A DNA stretch of 64,000 nt, from positions 70,804,001-70,868,000 of the forward strand of contig NC_086113.1 of NCBI RefSeq assembly GCF_963921235.1, given 5' to 3'. Numbering within the stretch: position 1 is the stretch's first letter; each line of letters opens with the position of its first letter. Shown piece by piece: positions 42,101 to 56,200 of this stretch. The position numbers and the translations under genes were made by a program. This DNA comes from Mobula hypostoma (lineage: Eukaryota). Under the pieces are notes generated by a model. That model searched no databases. It saw nothing but the letters and a program-made list of their open reading frames with translations, and was not told where the DNA came from.

Positions 42101-45100
42101 CAGTGTTTGTTACCTTTCTGTCAGTAAAGCTTCTCTTTGAACAAGTTGTACGAAGAGATGTTAGAGAGCTGCTGGGTGTAACAATTGTTGTCGATCAACG
42201 AGGCAGTGAGCAGATGATGTTCCATAATGTGGCACTTGGCTGGCAGAAAGCATTCTTGATCGGTGAATGCTGCTACTGTCATCCTCAGTGAGACTCCTAC
42301 AGCACCTGTATGTGGTATCTGCTTTCACACCTGGACAGATTAAGAAAATGAAAAATGGGAAATGATCAGTGTTTTGACATGAACAGGTAATTTTATCATT
42401 CCACATTTACAATAGAATATTCACTTTATGTTCATAAACATTGCAGCTTTCAGTTACCCTTTCTTAAACATATACCAGTGGTGAGATTATTTGCTGGATA
42501 TTGACATTTCCTCTGCCATAACAAAACCTGTGAGAATCCAGATTTAGTTTCTTGTTTTTCATCTAAATTTCATCTGAAAATGCTACTCTCAATGTTTCAA
42601 TGGAATAATTGCAAACATACTTCCCAACAGAATGTAAAGAGGACCAGACTGCTGACTAAAGCGATGGCAACACAGACCCCCGTGGAACACCAGGAGTCGC
42701 TAGCAGCCCACCAGAAAAGTCTCCCTTTATTCCCACCTTGCCTCCTCCCAATCAGCCACTGTTTTATCCATGCTAGTGTCACTTCGAAACGGAAAGCATT
42801 CTGCAATCAGTAATGGTTTTGGTTCTAAATGTTCCTGCCTTACTTTCACAATAACAGCAAAAGTAATTTTGAATCGTTTGGTTGGAGCAGTTAAACTTTG
42901 AAACAAACTGTCTGCAATTAAACCCAATGCACTTCATAAAATTGACACTTTTCTCATTGGCCATTCCATTTGCTTTAAACTACTATTGAATTACTGTAGC
43001 TTGGTATACAAAATCCAGTTATCTGTTTTGTAATCAACCCTGTCTAGCTTTCCAATGTAGCCATTTCTGTTTTTATTTATGGTCAGTACTCATCGATTTT
43101 GAGCCTGTGTATTCTTTCGTTTGCTGCCTTTTTTTGAACTCGACAGTCTATGTGCGTGCTGGGCCTCGTTATTTACTCATTGTTCCTCACTTTGCTTTGG
43201 TTTTAGTTTGTCCGTCTCGCTGTGCTTCAACTGGTCAGTAGCGATTTGCCTCTTGCCTATCAGCCACTGCTTTACTTACATCAGGTATCTTTCCTTTAAT
43301 ACCATGGGCTCTGAACTTGTTAAACAGCCTCATGTGTGGCACATTGTCAAAGGCCTTCTGAAAATCCAAGTACACAACATTACCATTCTCATTTGTCTAT
43401 TCTGCTTGTTATTTCTTCAAAGAATTCCGACAGATTTGTCAGGTGAGATTTGCCCTTGAGGGAATCATGCTGAATATGGCTGACTTGATCATGTGCCTCC
43501 AAGTACCCCGAAAGCACTTAACAATCAACTTAACAATCAACTCAAACAGGTAATGCCAAGCACTGAGGTCAGACGAACTGCCCCATAATTTCCTTTCTTC
43601 TTCCTCTCTCCCCTGTTTTCCAGTCTTCCGGAACCTTCCATCATCGAGTGATCATTGCAAGATCGTTACTCATGCCTCCACAGACTCTTCAGCCACCTCT
43701 TTCAAAAGACTGGGGTGTAGACCATCAGGTCCAGGTGTCGTACAATATCTACCTTCAGGCCTTCCAGTTTCCCAACACCTTCGCCCTAGTAATGGCAACA
43801 TCACACACTTCTGACTGCTGCAATCTTGAACTTCCGCCATACTACAAGTGTCTTCCACAGTGAGGAATGAAGCAAAATACTTATTTAATTTGTCTGCCAT
43901 TTCCTTGCTCTTCATTGCTACCTCTCCCGAATTGTTTTCCTGCCGTTCAATATCCACTCCCCTCTCTTCTGGTATCCTCTTCCATATCACTGGCAAGCTT
44001 ACTTTCGTATTTCAGCTTTAACTTCTTAATGACTTTTTAGTTCGCTTCTGTTAGTTTTTAAAAGCTTCTCAATCCCCTAACTTCCCAATAATTTTTGATA
44101 TATGATATGCCCTGTCTTTGGCTTTTATGTTGGCTTTGACTTCTCTTGTTAGCCATGGTTGTATCATGTTGCCCTTATAATACTTCTTCCTCTCTGGGAT
44201 GTATATATCCCGTGCTTTCCGAACTGCTCCAGAAATTACAGCCATTGCTCTACTACCATCCCTGCCAGTGTTATTTCGCATCAATTTTGACCAACTCCTT
44301 TCTCATGCCTCTGTAATTCCCTTTTCTCCACTGTAATACTGATATATTTGATTTTTGCTTCTCCTTCTCACATTTCATGGCGAATTTGATCACCTTATCA
44401 TCACTTTCCCTCAGGGTTCCTTTATCTTCAGCTCTCTCATCAATTCTGGTTCATTGCACAACACCCGATCCAGATCAGGTGATCTCTACTGGGCTTAAAC
44501 CTGAGCTGCTCTGAAAAGCCAACTCTGAGACATTCTAGAAATTTCCTCCTCTTGGGATCCCGCACCAGCCTGATTTTCCCAATCTACCTCCATAAGGAAA
44601 TCTCTCAGGACTATGTATTGTGATTTGGCCTATTGGCATGCATTTTCTATCTCTCATTTTAATTTGTAGACCATATCCTGACTACTAGTTGGTGGTCTGT
44701 GTATAACTCCTATCAGGGTCTTTTTACCCTTGCACTTCCTTCGCTCTACCCCCGACAATTAAACACCTTTTGACCTGTTGTCACCTCTTTCTGATGATTT
44801 GATTTCAGTTTTACCAACAGAGCCATACCACAGCCTCTGCCTTCCTGTCAATCCTTTCGATACAATGTGTATCCTTGGATGTTAAACTCCAGGTATAATC
44901 TTCTTTCAGTCAGAGCTCAGTGATGTCCAGAATGTCACACATGCCAATCTGTAACAATGCTACAAGTTCATCTACCTCATTCCGCATACTGCATGCATTC
45001 AAATATAACACCTTCAGTCCTGTATTCATCACCCTTTTCAATTTTGGCTACCTTTTACATTGCATCTCATCCTGTTGACAGCAATTTTGCCCTGTCATTA

Positions 45101-48100
45101 GCTCCGTCTAGCAAGGAGTCTCACTACACACTGCCTCTGTTTGTAAACCAACTACCTCTTTCTCAGCACTGTTATCCCAGTTACCATCCACGTGCCAAAT
45201 TAGTTTAAACCCTCCAGAACAATTCCAGCAAACCTGCCTGCAGGACATTGGTCCCCCTTGGGTTCAGGCGTAACCTGTGCCTATTGTGCACGTCGAAACT
45301 TCGCAGAAGTGTTCCCAATGATCCAAAAATCTGAAGCCTTGCACCCAGCAGCAATTCCTCAGCCCTGCATTTACCTGCTGAGTCATCATATTCTTCTGCT
45401 CACTGGTATATGAGATAGGCTGCGATCCAGAGATTACTGCCCTGGAGGTCCTCTCTTTAGCATTCTACCTCAATCCCCAAAATCTCTCTTCAGGACCTCC
45501 TCACCTTGTCAACCCATGTCATTGGTGCCAATATGTACCAAGATTTATGTAATCTTTGTAACCTATAGATTACAATAATTACATTATAATTTGAGTGCTA
45601 TGTTCAATTTACACTGAATAGCTCAGAATCTAACAAATATGATCTGTTGCCTGCAGTTTTGTTAAGGTACAATCTGTCATCAATATGGATAAACTTGCTT
45701 GTTGAGAGTCCACACGATATTCAGCAAGGACCCGCAAGGCACCATGCCAACAGAATCTGGTCACAAGGGCTGCCAGACAGAAGTCTGCCTAAGAAACATC
45801 TTAGAAAACCTTTGACTGTCAAAGTTGTGAATGGAAATTTTAAGAAATAGGAGCTGGAATCAGTCATTTGGCACTTCAAGCATCCTCTTTTACCTAGTAA
45901 ACCATTTCCTGCTTTATTCCCATTTCTTCTGGTTTCCTCGATATCTAGAAATCGATCAATTTTGAATGAACCAAGGAGTGAGGCACCAGGGTTCTCTCAG
46001 ATAGACAATTCCAACAATTCATCCTCCTTCATGTGAAGAATTCTCTTGTCATCTGGTCCTAAATGCCCGATTGTTTCTTCTGAGATTCTAACCCCTGATT
46101 CCAGACTCCCCAGCAAGCTGGGATCGCTTGCATCTCTGCATCCAGCTGGTCCACAGAAGATTATAGCTTTACTATTGTCACTGAGATACCCAGAAAAAAT
46201 TGTTTTGCCAGCCATCCAGACAGATAATTTCATCACATCAGTAGATTGAAATAAAAGAAGGAATTAAACAATGATGGAATACAGAATAAAGTATTACAGT
46301 TACAGAGACAGTGCAGTGCAGGGTGACAGTAAGGTACAAGGCCAAAATGAAGTAGATTGTGAGGTCGGGAGCCCATCATATAGTACTGGGGGGGCACTCA
46401 ACATGGGATAGAAGCTGTCCTTGAGCCTGGTGACGAGATCCTTTCCAGTTTCTGTACCTTCTGTGCTATTGGAGGAAGTAGAAGAGAAAAAGTCCATGGT
46501 GGGTGGGGCCTTTGATCAAATCAAATCAGTTTTGCTTGTTTGGCCACGCGAGGCCGCTGATTTCCAAACATGCCACCATCTTATGTGAGCAACACACATC
46601 AAAGTTGCTGGTGAACGCAGCAGGCCAGGCAGCATCTCTAGGAAGAGGTACAGTCAATGTTTCGGGCCAAGACCCTTCGTCAGGACTAAGGCAAAAGGGA
46701 TACAGGCTGGAGAAGGGAGAGGGTCATGGGACGGGAGGTCTGGGGAGAAGAAAAGGGGGAGGGGGGGAAAGCCCAGAGGATGGGCAAGTGGTATATTCAG
46801 AGGGACAGACGGAGAAAAAGGAGAGTGAGAGAAAGAATGTGTGTATAAAAATAAGTAACAGATGGGGTACGAGGGGGAGGTGGGGCATTAGCGGAAGTTT
46901 GAGAAGTCAATATTCATGCCATCAGGTTGGAGGTTACCCAGACGGAATAGAAGGTATTGTTCCTCTAACCTGAGTGTGGCTTCATCTTTACAGTAGAGGA
47001 GGCCGTGGATAGACATATCAGAATGGGAATGGGATGTGGAATTAAAATGTGTGGCCACTGGGAGATCCTGCTTTCTCTGGTGGACAGAGTGTAGGTATTC
47101 AGCAAAGCGGTCTCCCAGTCTGCGTCGGGTCTCACCAATATATAAAAGGCCACATCGGGAGCACCGGACGCAGTATATCACCCCAGACTCACAGGTGAAG
47201 TGTCGCCTCACCTGGAAGGACTGTCTGGGGCCCTGAATGGTGGTAAGGAGGAAGTGTAAGGGCATGTGTAGCACTTGTTCCGCTTACAAGGATAAGTGTC
47301 AGGAGGGAGATCAGTGGGGAGGGATGGGGGGGACAAATGGACAAGGGAGTCAGGTAGGGAGCGATCCCTGCGGAAAGCGGGGCGGGGGGAGGGAAAAATG
47401 TGCTTAGTGGTGGGATCCCGTTGGAGGTGGCGGAAGTTACGGAGAATTATATGTTGGACCCAGAGGCTGGTGGGGTGGTAGGTGAGGACCAGGGGAACCC
47501 TATTCCTAGTGGGGTGACAGGAGGATGGAGTGAGAGCAGATGTGCGTGAAATGGGGGAGATGCATTTGAGAGCAGAGTTGATGGTGGAGGAAGGGAAGCC
47601 CCTTTCTTTAAAAAAGGACATCTCCCTCATCCTGGAATGAAAAGCCTCATCCTGAGAGCAGATGCGGCGGAGACGGAGGAATTGCGAGAAGGGGATGGCA
47701 TTTTTGCAAGAGACAGGGTGAGAAGAGGAATAGTCCAGATAGCTGTGAGAGTCAGTAGGCTTATAGTAGACATCAGTAGATAAGCTGTCTCCAGAGACAG
47801 AGACAGAAAGATCTAGAAAGGGGAGGGAGGTGTCGGAAATGGACCAGGTAAACTTGAGGGCAGGGTGAAAGTTGGAGGCAAAGTTAATGAAGTCAACGAG
47901 CTCAGCATGCGTGCAGGAAGCAGCGCCAATGCAGTCGTCGATGTAGCGAAGGAAAAGTGGGGGACAGATACCAGAATAGGCACGGAACATAGATTGTTCC
48001 ACAAACCCAACAAAAAGGCAGGCATAGCTAGGACCCATACGGGTGCCCATAGCTACACCTTTAGTTTGGAGGAAGTGGGAGGAGCCAAAGGAGAAATTAT

Positions 48101-50186
48101 TAAGAGTAAGGACTAATACCCGCTAAGTCCTGTTGGTATAGGGACGGTAGGAAAGTCTCAGATAAATCAACATTAGCATCAGCAGCCTTTTTGGACATGC
48201 TTCGTGTCACTACACATGCAGAATACACATCAGCATCTATGGGCTGGTCCTCAGCAGCAGCAGGCTTGCTTGTGAGCTGAACTGCTGGATTAACGTCTCC
48301 ACCTGCAAGGTCATTACCGAGTAAAACATCAACATGGTCTATCGGTAGTTCAGATCGGACCCTTATTATGACTGGTTTCGATACCAAGTCGCATTTCAAG
48401 ATTATCTCATGTAAAGGCACGGCCTCTGTTCCCCTTCTAATGCCCTTAATGATGTTTACTTCCCCAGTATCTGTCTCAGCACCAAATTCCAAAACATTCT
48501 TTAATATCAGTGACTGGAAAGCTCCAGTATCTCTCCAGATTCTTACTGGGACTGGGTTTGACCCCTCCTGCACAGACACAAACCCTTCTGAAATAAATCT
48601 CTCGAGTCCCTCCCGAACTTGGTTCGACCTCTCCTTCTTCAGCGATGTTTTAGCTGTCTGAACGCAGCCAGTTGGGGGTTTCTCTTTCTCTTTTCCTTTT
48701 CCCCTCTTTGTAGCAAAACAATTTGACGCCACATGGCCAGGTTTTCCACAAGAGTAACACTTGAAACTGGGAAATTTCTCCCCGACTGTTTCCCTTCCTC
48801 CTTACTTTTATCACTAATCCCCGGTTTACTCTCTGGTTTAGCCAGTGGATTATCTCTACTCCCTTGTGGGTTAATCTTAGTGGGAAAAAACTTAACTTAA
48901 TGAGTTAGGGCATATTCGTCTGCTACTTTAGCAGATTCTGACAGTGTTGCTGCCCCTTTCCCATCTCAGTGCGTCCTTATCTCAGCCAAGCCGCAGTTTT
49001 TAAACTCTTCAATCAATATCAACTCCTTCAAGTTGCCAATATCCTCATCCGCCTCTTTTGAAGCGCACCACCGATCAAAGTACACACGTTTCTCATGGGC
49101 AAACTTCACATACGTTTGGTTCCAGGACTTAGTCAAACCTTGAAACCTTTGTCTGTACGCCTCCAGGACTAACTCATAAGCCTTAAACGCAGCATCCTTC
49201 ACTTTATCATAATCCTTTGCATCTTCAAGAGACAGGGCTGCATGTGTTTGCTGAGCCTCCCCCTTAACCACACTCTGTAGTAACACCGCCCACTGCTCCC
49301 ACGGCCACTCCCGATTACAGGCCACTTTCTCAAAATGTAGGAAATACCTCTCAATTTCTGCTTCATCAAATGGAGGCACTAACCTAATTTCTCGACTGAC
49401 ACTAAACCCCTCCTCACGGTTTGCCATCTGAGCGTTCTGTTGCTATCTCTCCCTTTCAAACGCTCTCCGTCTATCTGCCTCTCTAGCCTCATGGACCCTC
49501 TGTTTTTCTGCGGCCTCAGCCTTGAGCTGTAGTAATTCCAATTTCAGTTTCAACTCAGCTTCAGCCTCACATGTACCTTTCCTTCAGCAAATAGCTCTAT
49601 CGCCCCCACCTCAAACGTTCCCTTAGCTACGTAATGCTGGGCTACTAACATCTGTATCTGAATTTTCCTCATTGTAGTATTCACCTTCAGTTTTAACTTT
49701 TGAGCAATTCCAAACAGCAAATCCTTCTTAGCATCATCCAACGCCTCAGGGGTTGGTTCCAACATAAACTTATTAACTTCAAACTCCATTTCTGCTGATA
49801 TTCCACACAACCAAATCACACGGAAATTTCCCCAATCAATTCAAACCAGCCTCCCGACCAATTTGCTCATATCGCGGACGCAGCCCCCAATTTTGTCACA
49901 TACCCCATGACGGGAATAAAGAACCAGCAGAGATGGAAAACACTTTGGAATCCAGTATTGTTATAAACTAATAATATTTATTAGTAACTACATGATACAG
50001 TAATGTAAATGTAGATAAATCAAACAGGTTAGCAATGATTATATATATAAGTAAGTATATCAGTAAGTGTGGAAATATATGCATTTGAAAAAACAAGCTT
50101 CTTTAAGTCTAGGGGTAAAAAGATACAGTCTTACAATGTTGAATAAAATTCAGTTCAGTTCAGTTCGTGGTATTTAGTTGAGTAGT

Positions 50187-50222
<36 letters not shown>

Positions 50223-53200
50223 GTTGAGTCTTCAGGTGAGCTGTTGCCGTCAATCTTCTCGTCATCCTCCAAAATCTTTCACAAGATACTGACTGTGACT
50301 TTAACAACAAAGGGGACTGTACTTCGGTGTGGTGGAGCTGTCTACCCAGGCCAGGGTCGAACACATGGACAATTCCCCACCGGTCCTGCCTTTGAATTTT
50401 CACTGGCAGAGCAATTGGATCAATCCGCCTGATTGATCCTCCAAAACCCACTTTCTCTGCGGGCACAACAATGCTCCTTCAGTGTCCTGATCATGTGTCT
50501 GAGGTCTGTATCATCTGACCTCCTATTTATAGTCATAGTCATAGTCATACTTTATTGATCCCGGGGGAAATTGGTTTTCGTTACAGATGCACTATAAATA
50601 GTAAATAGTAATAAAACCATAAATAGTTAAATAGTAATATGTAAATTATGCCAGTAAATTATGAAGTAACTCCAGGACCAGCCTATTGACTCAGGGTGTC
50701 TGACCCTCCAAGGGAGGAGTTGTAAAGTTTGATGGCCACAGGCAGGAATGACTTCCTGTGACGCTCTGTGCTGCATCTCGGTGGAATGAGTCTCTGGCTG
50801 AATGTACTCCTGTGCCCAACCAGTACATTATGTACTGGATAGGAAACATTGTCCAAGATGGCATGCAACTTAGACAGCATCCTCTTTTCAGACACCACCG
50901 TCAGAGAGTCCAGTTCCATCCCCACAACATCACTGGCCTTACGGATGAGTTTGTTGATTCTGTTGGTGTCTGCCACCCGCAGCCTGCTGCCCCAGCACAC
51001 AACAGCAAACATGATCACACTGGCCACCACGGACTCGTAGAACATCCTCAGCATCATCCGGCAGATGTTAAAGGACCTCAGTCTCCTCAGGAAATAGAGA
51101 CGGCTCTGACCCTTCTTGAAGACAGCCTCAGTGTTCTTTGACCAGTCCAGTTTATTGTCAATTTGTATCTCCAGGTATTTGTAATCCTCCACCATGTTCC
51201 CACTGACCCCTGGACGGAAACAGGGGTCACCGGTACCTTAGCTCTCCTCAGCTCCTCACCACCAGCTCCTTAGACTTTTTCACATTAAGCTGCAGATAAT
51301 TCTGCTCACACCATGTGACAAAGTTTCTTACCGTAGCCCTGTACTCAGCCTCATCTCCCTTGCTGATGCATCCAACTATGGCAGGCTTATCTCACCAGGC
51401 TGAGCATCACCTGCCATTCAGAGATAAACACCTACAATGGTTGGTATATAGGCTTGTATGCAACATTTTGGACCAGTGGAAATGGTCCAGAAGGGTTGTA
51501 TGGAAACTATTATTACCATTTTTCTTAACAACTAATTTCATTACTTAGCCTAATAGGTTAGATTTACCACAGTACATAATTATCTATTTAAATGTTTATT
51601 TTGCTTTTATATCATCTCAATGTGTACTTAAGAATGTATAAATAATTGTAGTTTTATACATATAAAAAATGGAAAAGGTTATATGTGTGAAAAAAGTACA
51701 TGATAATTGTGAACTCCTTATCCAAATAAAAATAAAATTTAAAAAAAAAGAAAGTAACATCAATAACGTGCTGTCGGTCACCATAGCAACCTTCGAGCGG
51801 CTCAGTGTTATCTCCAAAGTAAAAATACAAAGTTACCTCCTGTGCCCTGACGTGACAGTCCAACCGTCAATCTTCATCTCTCTCTCTTTTCAAAACAAAC
51901 CATCGATGACAAATGACTCTCTCTGTCTCTCTTCAAGCTGTTAATAGGGGCACTCCTGGATCCCCTCACAATACAGCAAAATCACCATCCCTGGCAGCAG
52001 TCCACAGAATCATATACCTCATTCCTTCAAGGGCAAGTTCATTTATTTATGGTTAAAGTGATTAAAACAATATAGTTAAAAACTACTTTTCTTAATGAAA
52101 CTCTTCTGAAAATTCCAATACACTGAACCTTCTCGTTCTCCCTAGTCTATTCTGCTGCAATATACTCTAGTCAAAGATGATTTTCTTCTCAATATTCCAT
52201 GTTTATTATTCTGTTCAAAATACTGTTCTTGCATTCGTCATCACTAATTCCATCTCTTTCCTTACAAATGAGACTGACAATTCAAAAATATTCAAAAAAT
52301 GTTGCATATCGCATGAACAATTAAAACACTAAAGAAAATGATGTCCCTATCAAAATTAACATATTTAAATATTTAAATAAATAAATGAATTTCCTCAAAT
52401 CAAATTATAAATAAAATGTACAATTCAACCTGTGTTTCCATTCTTCTTGGCAGCCATAAAACTTCAATTTGATACCCCTTGCTTGTTTAACACTGGCATA
52501 GATATTCCAATTGATTGTCCAGCATTTCGAGCAACTTCCTGTTCCACGAACTGCCCACGTTTCTCAACAAATTCGCCCAAGTAATTCACAAAAAGGGAAT
52601 TCATTATACAGCAAGATCTGAGGCAGTCAGATTTGATGGTCAAATGTGAATCACATCACTTACCATTTTGATTATTAGATGCTCCATCCCACTTGCACAT
52701 CTGTGCTCGATTCACGTAATTCTGCTCATCTGTGTCATAACTGAAGACCTTCTTCATCTGCTGACTGAAATTAATAGTGAGACAGGAAGCTAAATAGGCT
52801 TCATAATAATATCAAATGTAATAAACATTCATACAAAACCAAAATACAAGGGATGAAATAAAAAACAGAACATTCTGCAACAACTCAGTTTAGATACCGT
52901 TGGCAGAGGATTGTTTGCTTCACACTTCTCTGCAATTAATCCTTCACCAATCTCATTATCAAACAACTATCAGTGGATTGAAATACACCTTCTCTGATTC
53001 ATAAAGATTAAAATATTAAATGAAAACAGAGAACATTAATAAAAATACCTTATTCACCCAGCTACATTCTTTGATAAATGTATACTATAAGAATAGAACT
53101 ATTTCCTGACCTCTCCTGTCTTTTATCTACTTCTGACGTCTCATATTGTTCTTGTGAAATTAAGTCAAATTTGGCAGGATTTCTCTCAGTTGCACAGACA

Positions 53201-56200
53201 TGCCTGAGATCTGTTGATGACAAACCATTATTGAGATATTGCAATTAATAATAATGCAACATACACATCAGAATTTGAAAGGACTGACAGCTAATTAGTC
53301 CATCAAATAAAATATTCTGAGGAATTACCAGCCATGCAACATATAGACCTACTTGACTAACAATCAGTACAGCAGCAAATTATCAGCTGTGTATGATTTG
53401 GCAATTTGCAAGAGCTGCATAATGGATGAAGACCTGGCACATTGGTAAATACTGTATACTCTCTACAGATGGAATCTCAGTAGCTACAGACTCTACCTAT
53501 AGATTCTTCCAGAGGTCACTGTCATAGTTACTCTATTATTCCATATTAACAAACTCAAAAAAAGCACTTGCAGTAAAACTCCAATTGTCTACCACACTCA
53601 GCTTTTGGTAGTGTCAGACTAACTGAATTTCTGGGCATCTTTTCTCAAGTCTAACCACCATGCAGATCATGCTCTCTTCTTGCCGCTTTAAAAACAGAAA
53701 CCTGACATGTCACATCCCAAGGTTCAGGAACAGCTACTTTCCTACAACCATTAGCTGTTTGAACTGTCCCGCAATACCCTCATCCTACCGCAGCACTACC
53801 ATTGATGTGTGTCTGATTGTGTGAAACAGGACGTGTAAAAAAAATCACAGTAACTTTCTTCACTGTGGGTATAAATTACACTCTGTCGCCACTGAATGTC
53901 TGTTCATGGCCTTTTGCTGCTGTACCACATCCATTTCAAGGTTCAACACATTGTGCATTCAGAGTTGCTCTTCTGCATCCCCTATTGTAACGTGTTGTTT
54001 CTTGAGTTTCTGTTGCATTTCTGTCAGCTTGAACGGGTTGGGAAATTTTCCTTGAACCTCTCTCATTTACAAGACGTTTTTGCGCACTGAACTCTTGCTC
54101 ACTGGATATTTTTTGGTTTTCCACAGAATTCTCTGTGAACTCTCAAAATCTCTCCCCCTCTCCACCTTAACAGTGATGAAGTTTCACTTCTCCTCACTTA
54201 CCACACAATGATCCTCCGTATCCAACACTTCACACTCCACAACTAACGCCTCTCCAAAAGCATGCTAGCACGGAAAGTATTTTACCAACTTCCCACCCCC
54301 GATTGTTCACGAGGATCATGTACTCCGTGATTTCCTTCTTCATTCATCCCTCCCCACTGATCTCCGAAATGTAACACCTCCCTTCTCCTCCATTCAGGGT
54401 CCCAAACAGTCCTTCCAGATGAGACAATATTTAACCAGTGAACACGTTGGAGTCGTCTATTGTGTCTGGTACTCCTGATGCAGCCTCCTCTATATTGGTG
54501 AGACTCGTCGGAAACTGGGGACAGCGTTGTCATGCACCTAGCTCCATCTGCTGATAGTGGTATTTCACAGTGGCAAAGCATTTTAATTCTGATTCATATC
54601 CCACTCCAACGTGTTGCTCCATGGCTTCCCCCTGTGCCTGTAGGAGACCACCCTCAGGGTCGTGGACTAACACCTTATATTCTGTCTCGGTAACCTCCAG
54701 ATGGGAACTGCCCTTATTTCTCAACAAATTTGGCCAAGTAATTCACAAAAAGGAAATTCATTATACAGCAAGATCTGAGGCAGTCAGGTTTGATGGTCAA
54801 ATGTGAATCACTTCACTTACCATTTTGATTATTAGATGCTCCATCCCACTTACACATCTGTGCTTGATTCACGTAATTCTGCTCATCTGTGTCATAACTG
54901 ATGACCTCTTCATCTTATGACTGAAATTAATAGCGAGACAGGAAATTAAATTGGCTTCATTATAATATCAAATGTAATAAACATTCATACAAAAGCAAAT
55001 TACAAGGGATGAAATAAAAAACAGAACATTCTGCAACAACTCAGTTTAGATACCATTGGTAGAGGATTGTTTGCTTCATACTTCTCTGCAATTAATCCTT
55101 CACCAATCTCATTATCAAACAACTATCAGTGGATTGAAATACACCTTCTCTGATTCATAAAGATTAAAATATTAAATAAAAACAGAGAACATCAATAAAA
55201 ATACCTTATTCATGCAGCTACGTTCTTTGATAAATGTATACTATAAGAATAGAACTATTTTCTGACCTCTCCTCCCTTTCACCTACCTTTGATGTCTCAC
55301 ATTGTTCTTGTGAAATGAAGTCTAATTTGTCAGGATTTCTCTCAGTTGCACAGACATGCCTGAGATCTGTTGATGACAAACCATTATTGAGATATTGCAA
55401 TTCATAAAAACGCAACATACACATCAGCCCTTTAAAGGACTGACTTCTAATTAGTCCATCAAATAAAATATTCTGAGAAATTATCAGTGATGCAACATCT
55501 AGACCTACATGACTAAAAATTAGTAGTATATCAGCAAATTATCAGCTGTGTTTGATTTCGCAATGTGCAAGAGCTGCTTCAGTTAATTCAGCAGGATATT
55601 GGGCAGTTATTTAATTTTCCCCTTCAAGAATGAACGAGATCACTTATCGACATATAATTTACCAGCTAAACTGTGGAAGAATAATTTAAATATATTGTAG
55701 AAAGTTTAGTGAAGTTTCTCCCACTCCTCATTCAGGATATCAGGCAGATACCGTATAAAACATGAGAGTAAAATGACTCAAGATAGTTTTACACAGGTAT
55801 GCTTTTTACGGAATATAAAGAAACAATTTTAAGGGTGATTCCCTGGTTTGAAAAAGACAATGCAGAGCTGAAGTTGCTTAAGCTGATTGAACAATATATT
55901 GAACAGATTTCTATAACTTTAAACAACATCTTCCTACCCATTCCCACCCTATTCTCAAATGCAACTTTATCCATTGCATATCCACATAAAAACAGACGAT
56001 ACATTTAAGTGTCATTTGGAGGGAGATTTAGAAAATAAATCTTAAGAAACAAACATTGTGCAGACTATGCATCAGTTGTTTTAATCGTTTTGCATATCCA
56101 AAAGGATACAAACAATTATGGCTGCATAAATACATGGATGAAGACCTGGCACATTGGTAAGTACTGTATATTCTGTACACATGGAATCTCATTAGCTACA

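Larger units (their letters stand above)
48117..51970 (-). mobile_element. Gypsy (Gmr1-like, SCAN-type gag) LTR retrotransposon 5' part: LTR 49894-51970 with insertions, PBS, gag, protease
   Basis: LVPPFDE..IERYF..FEK.A...W, EAYRQRF, CYSCGKPGH zinc knuckle, protease RDTGA.QS and LLGNDLAG; tRNA-Pro-type PBS TGGGGGCT at about 49882-49889. Confidence 0.88.
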
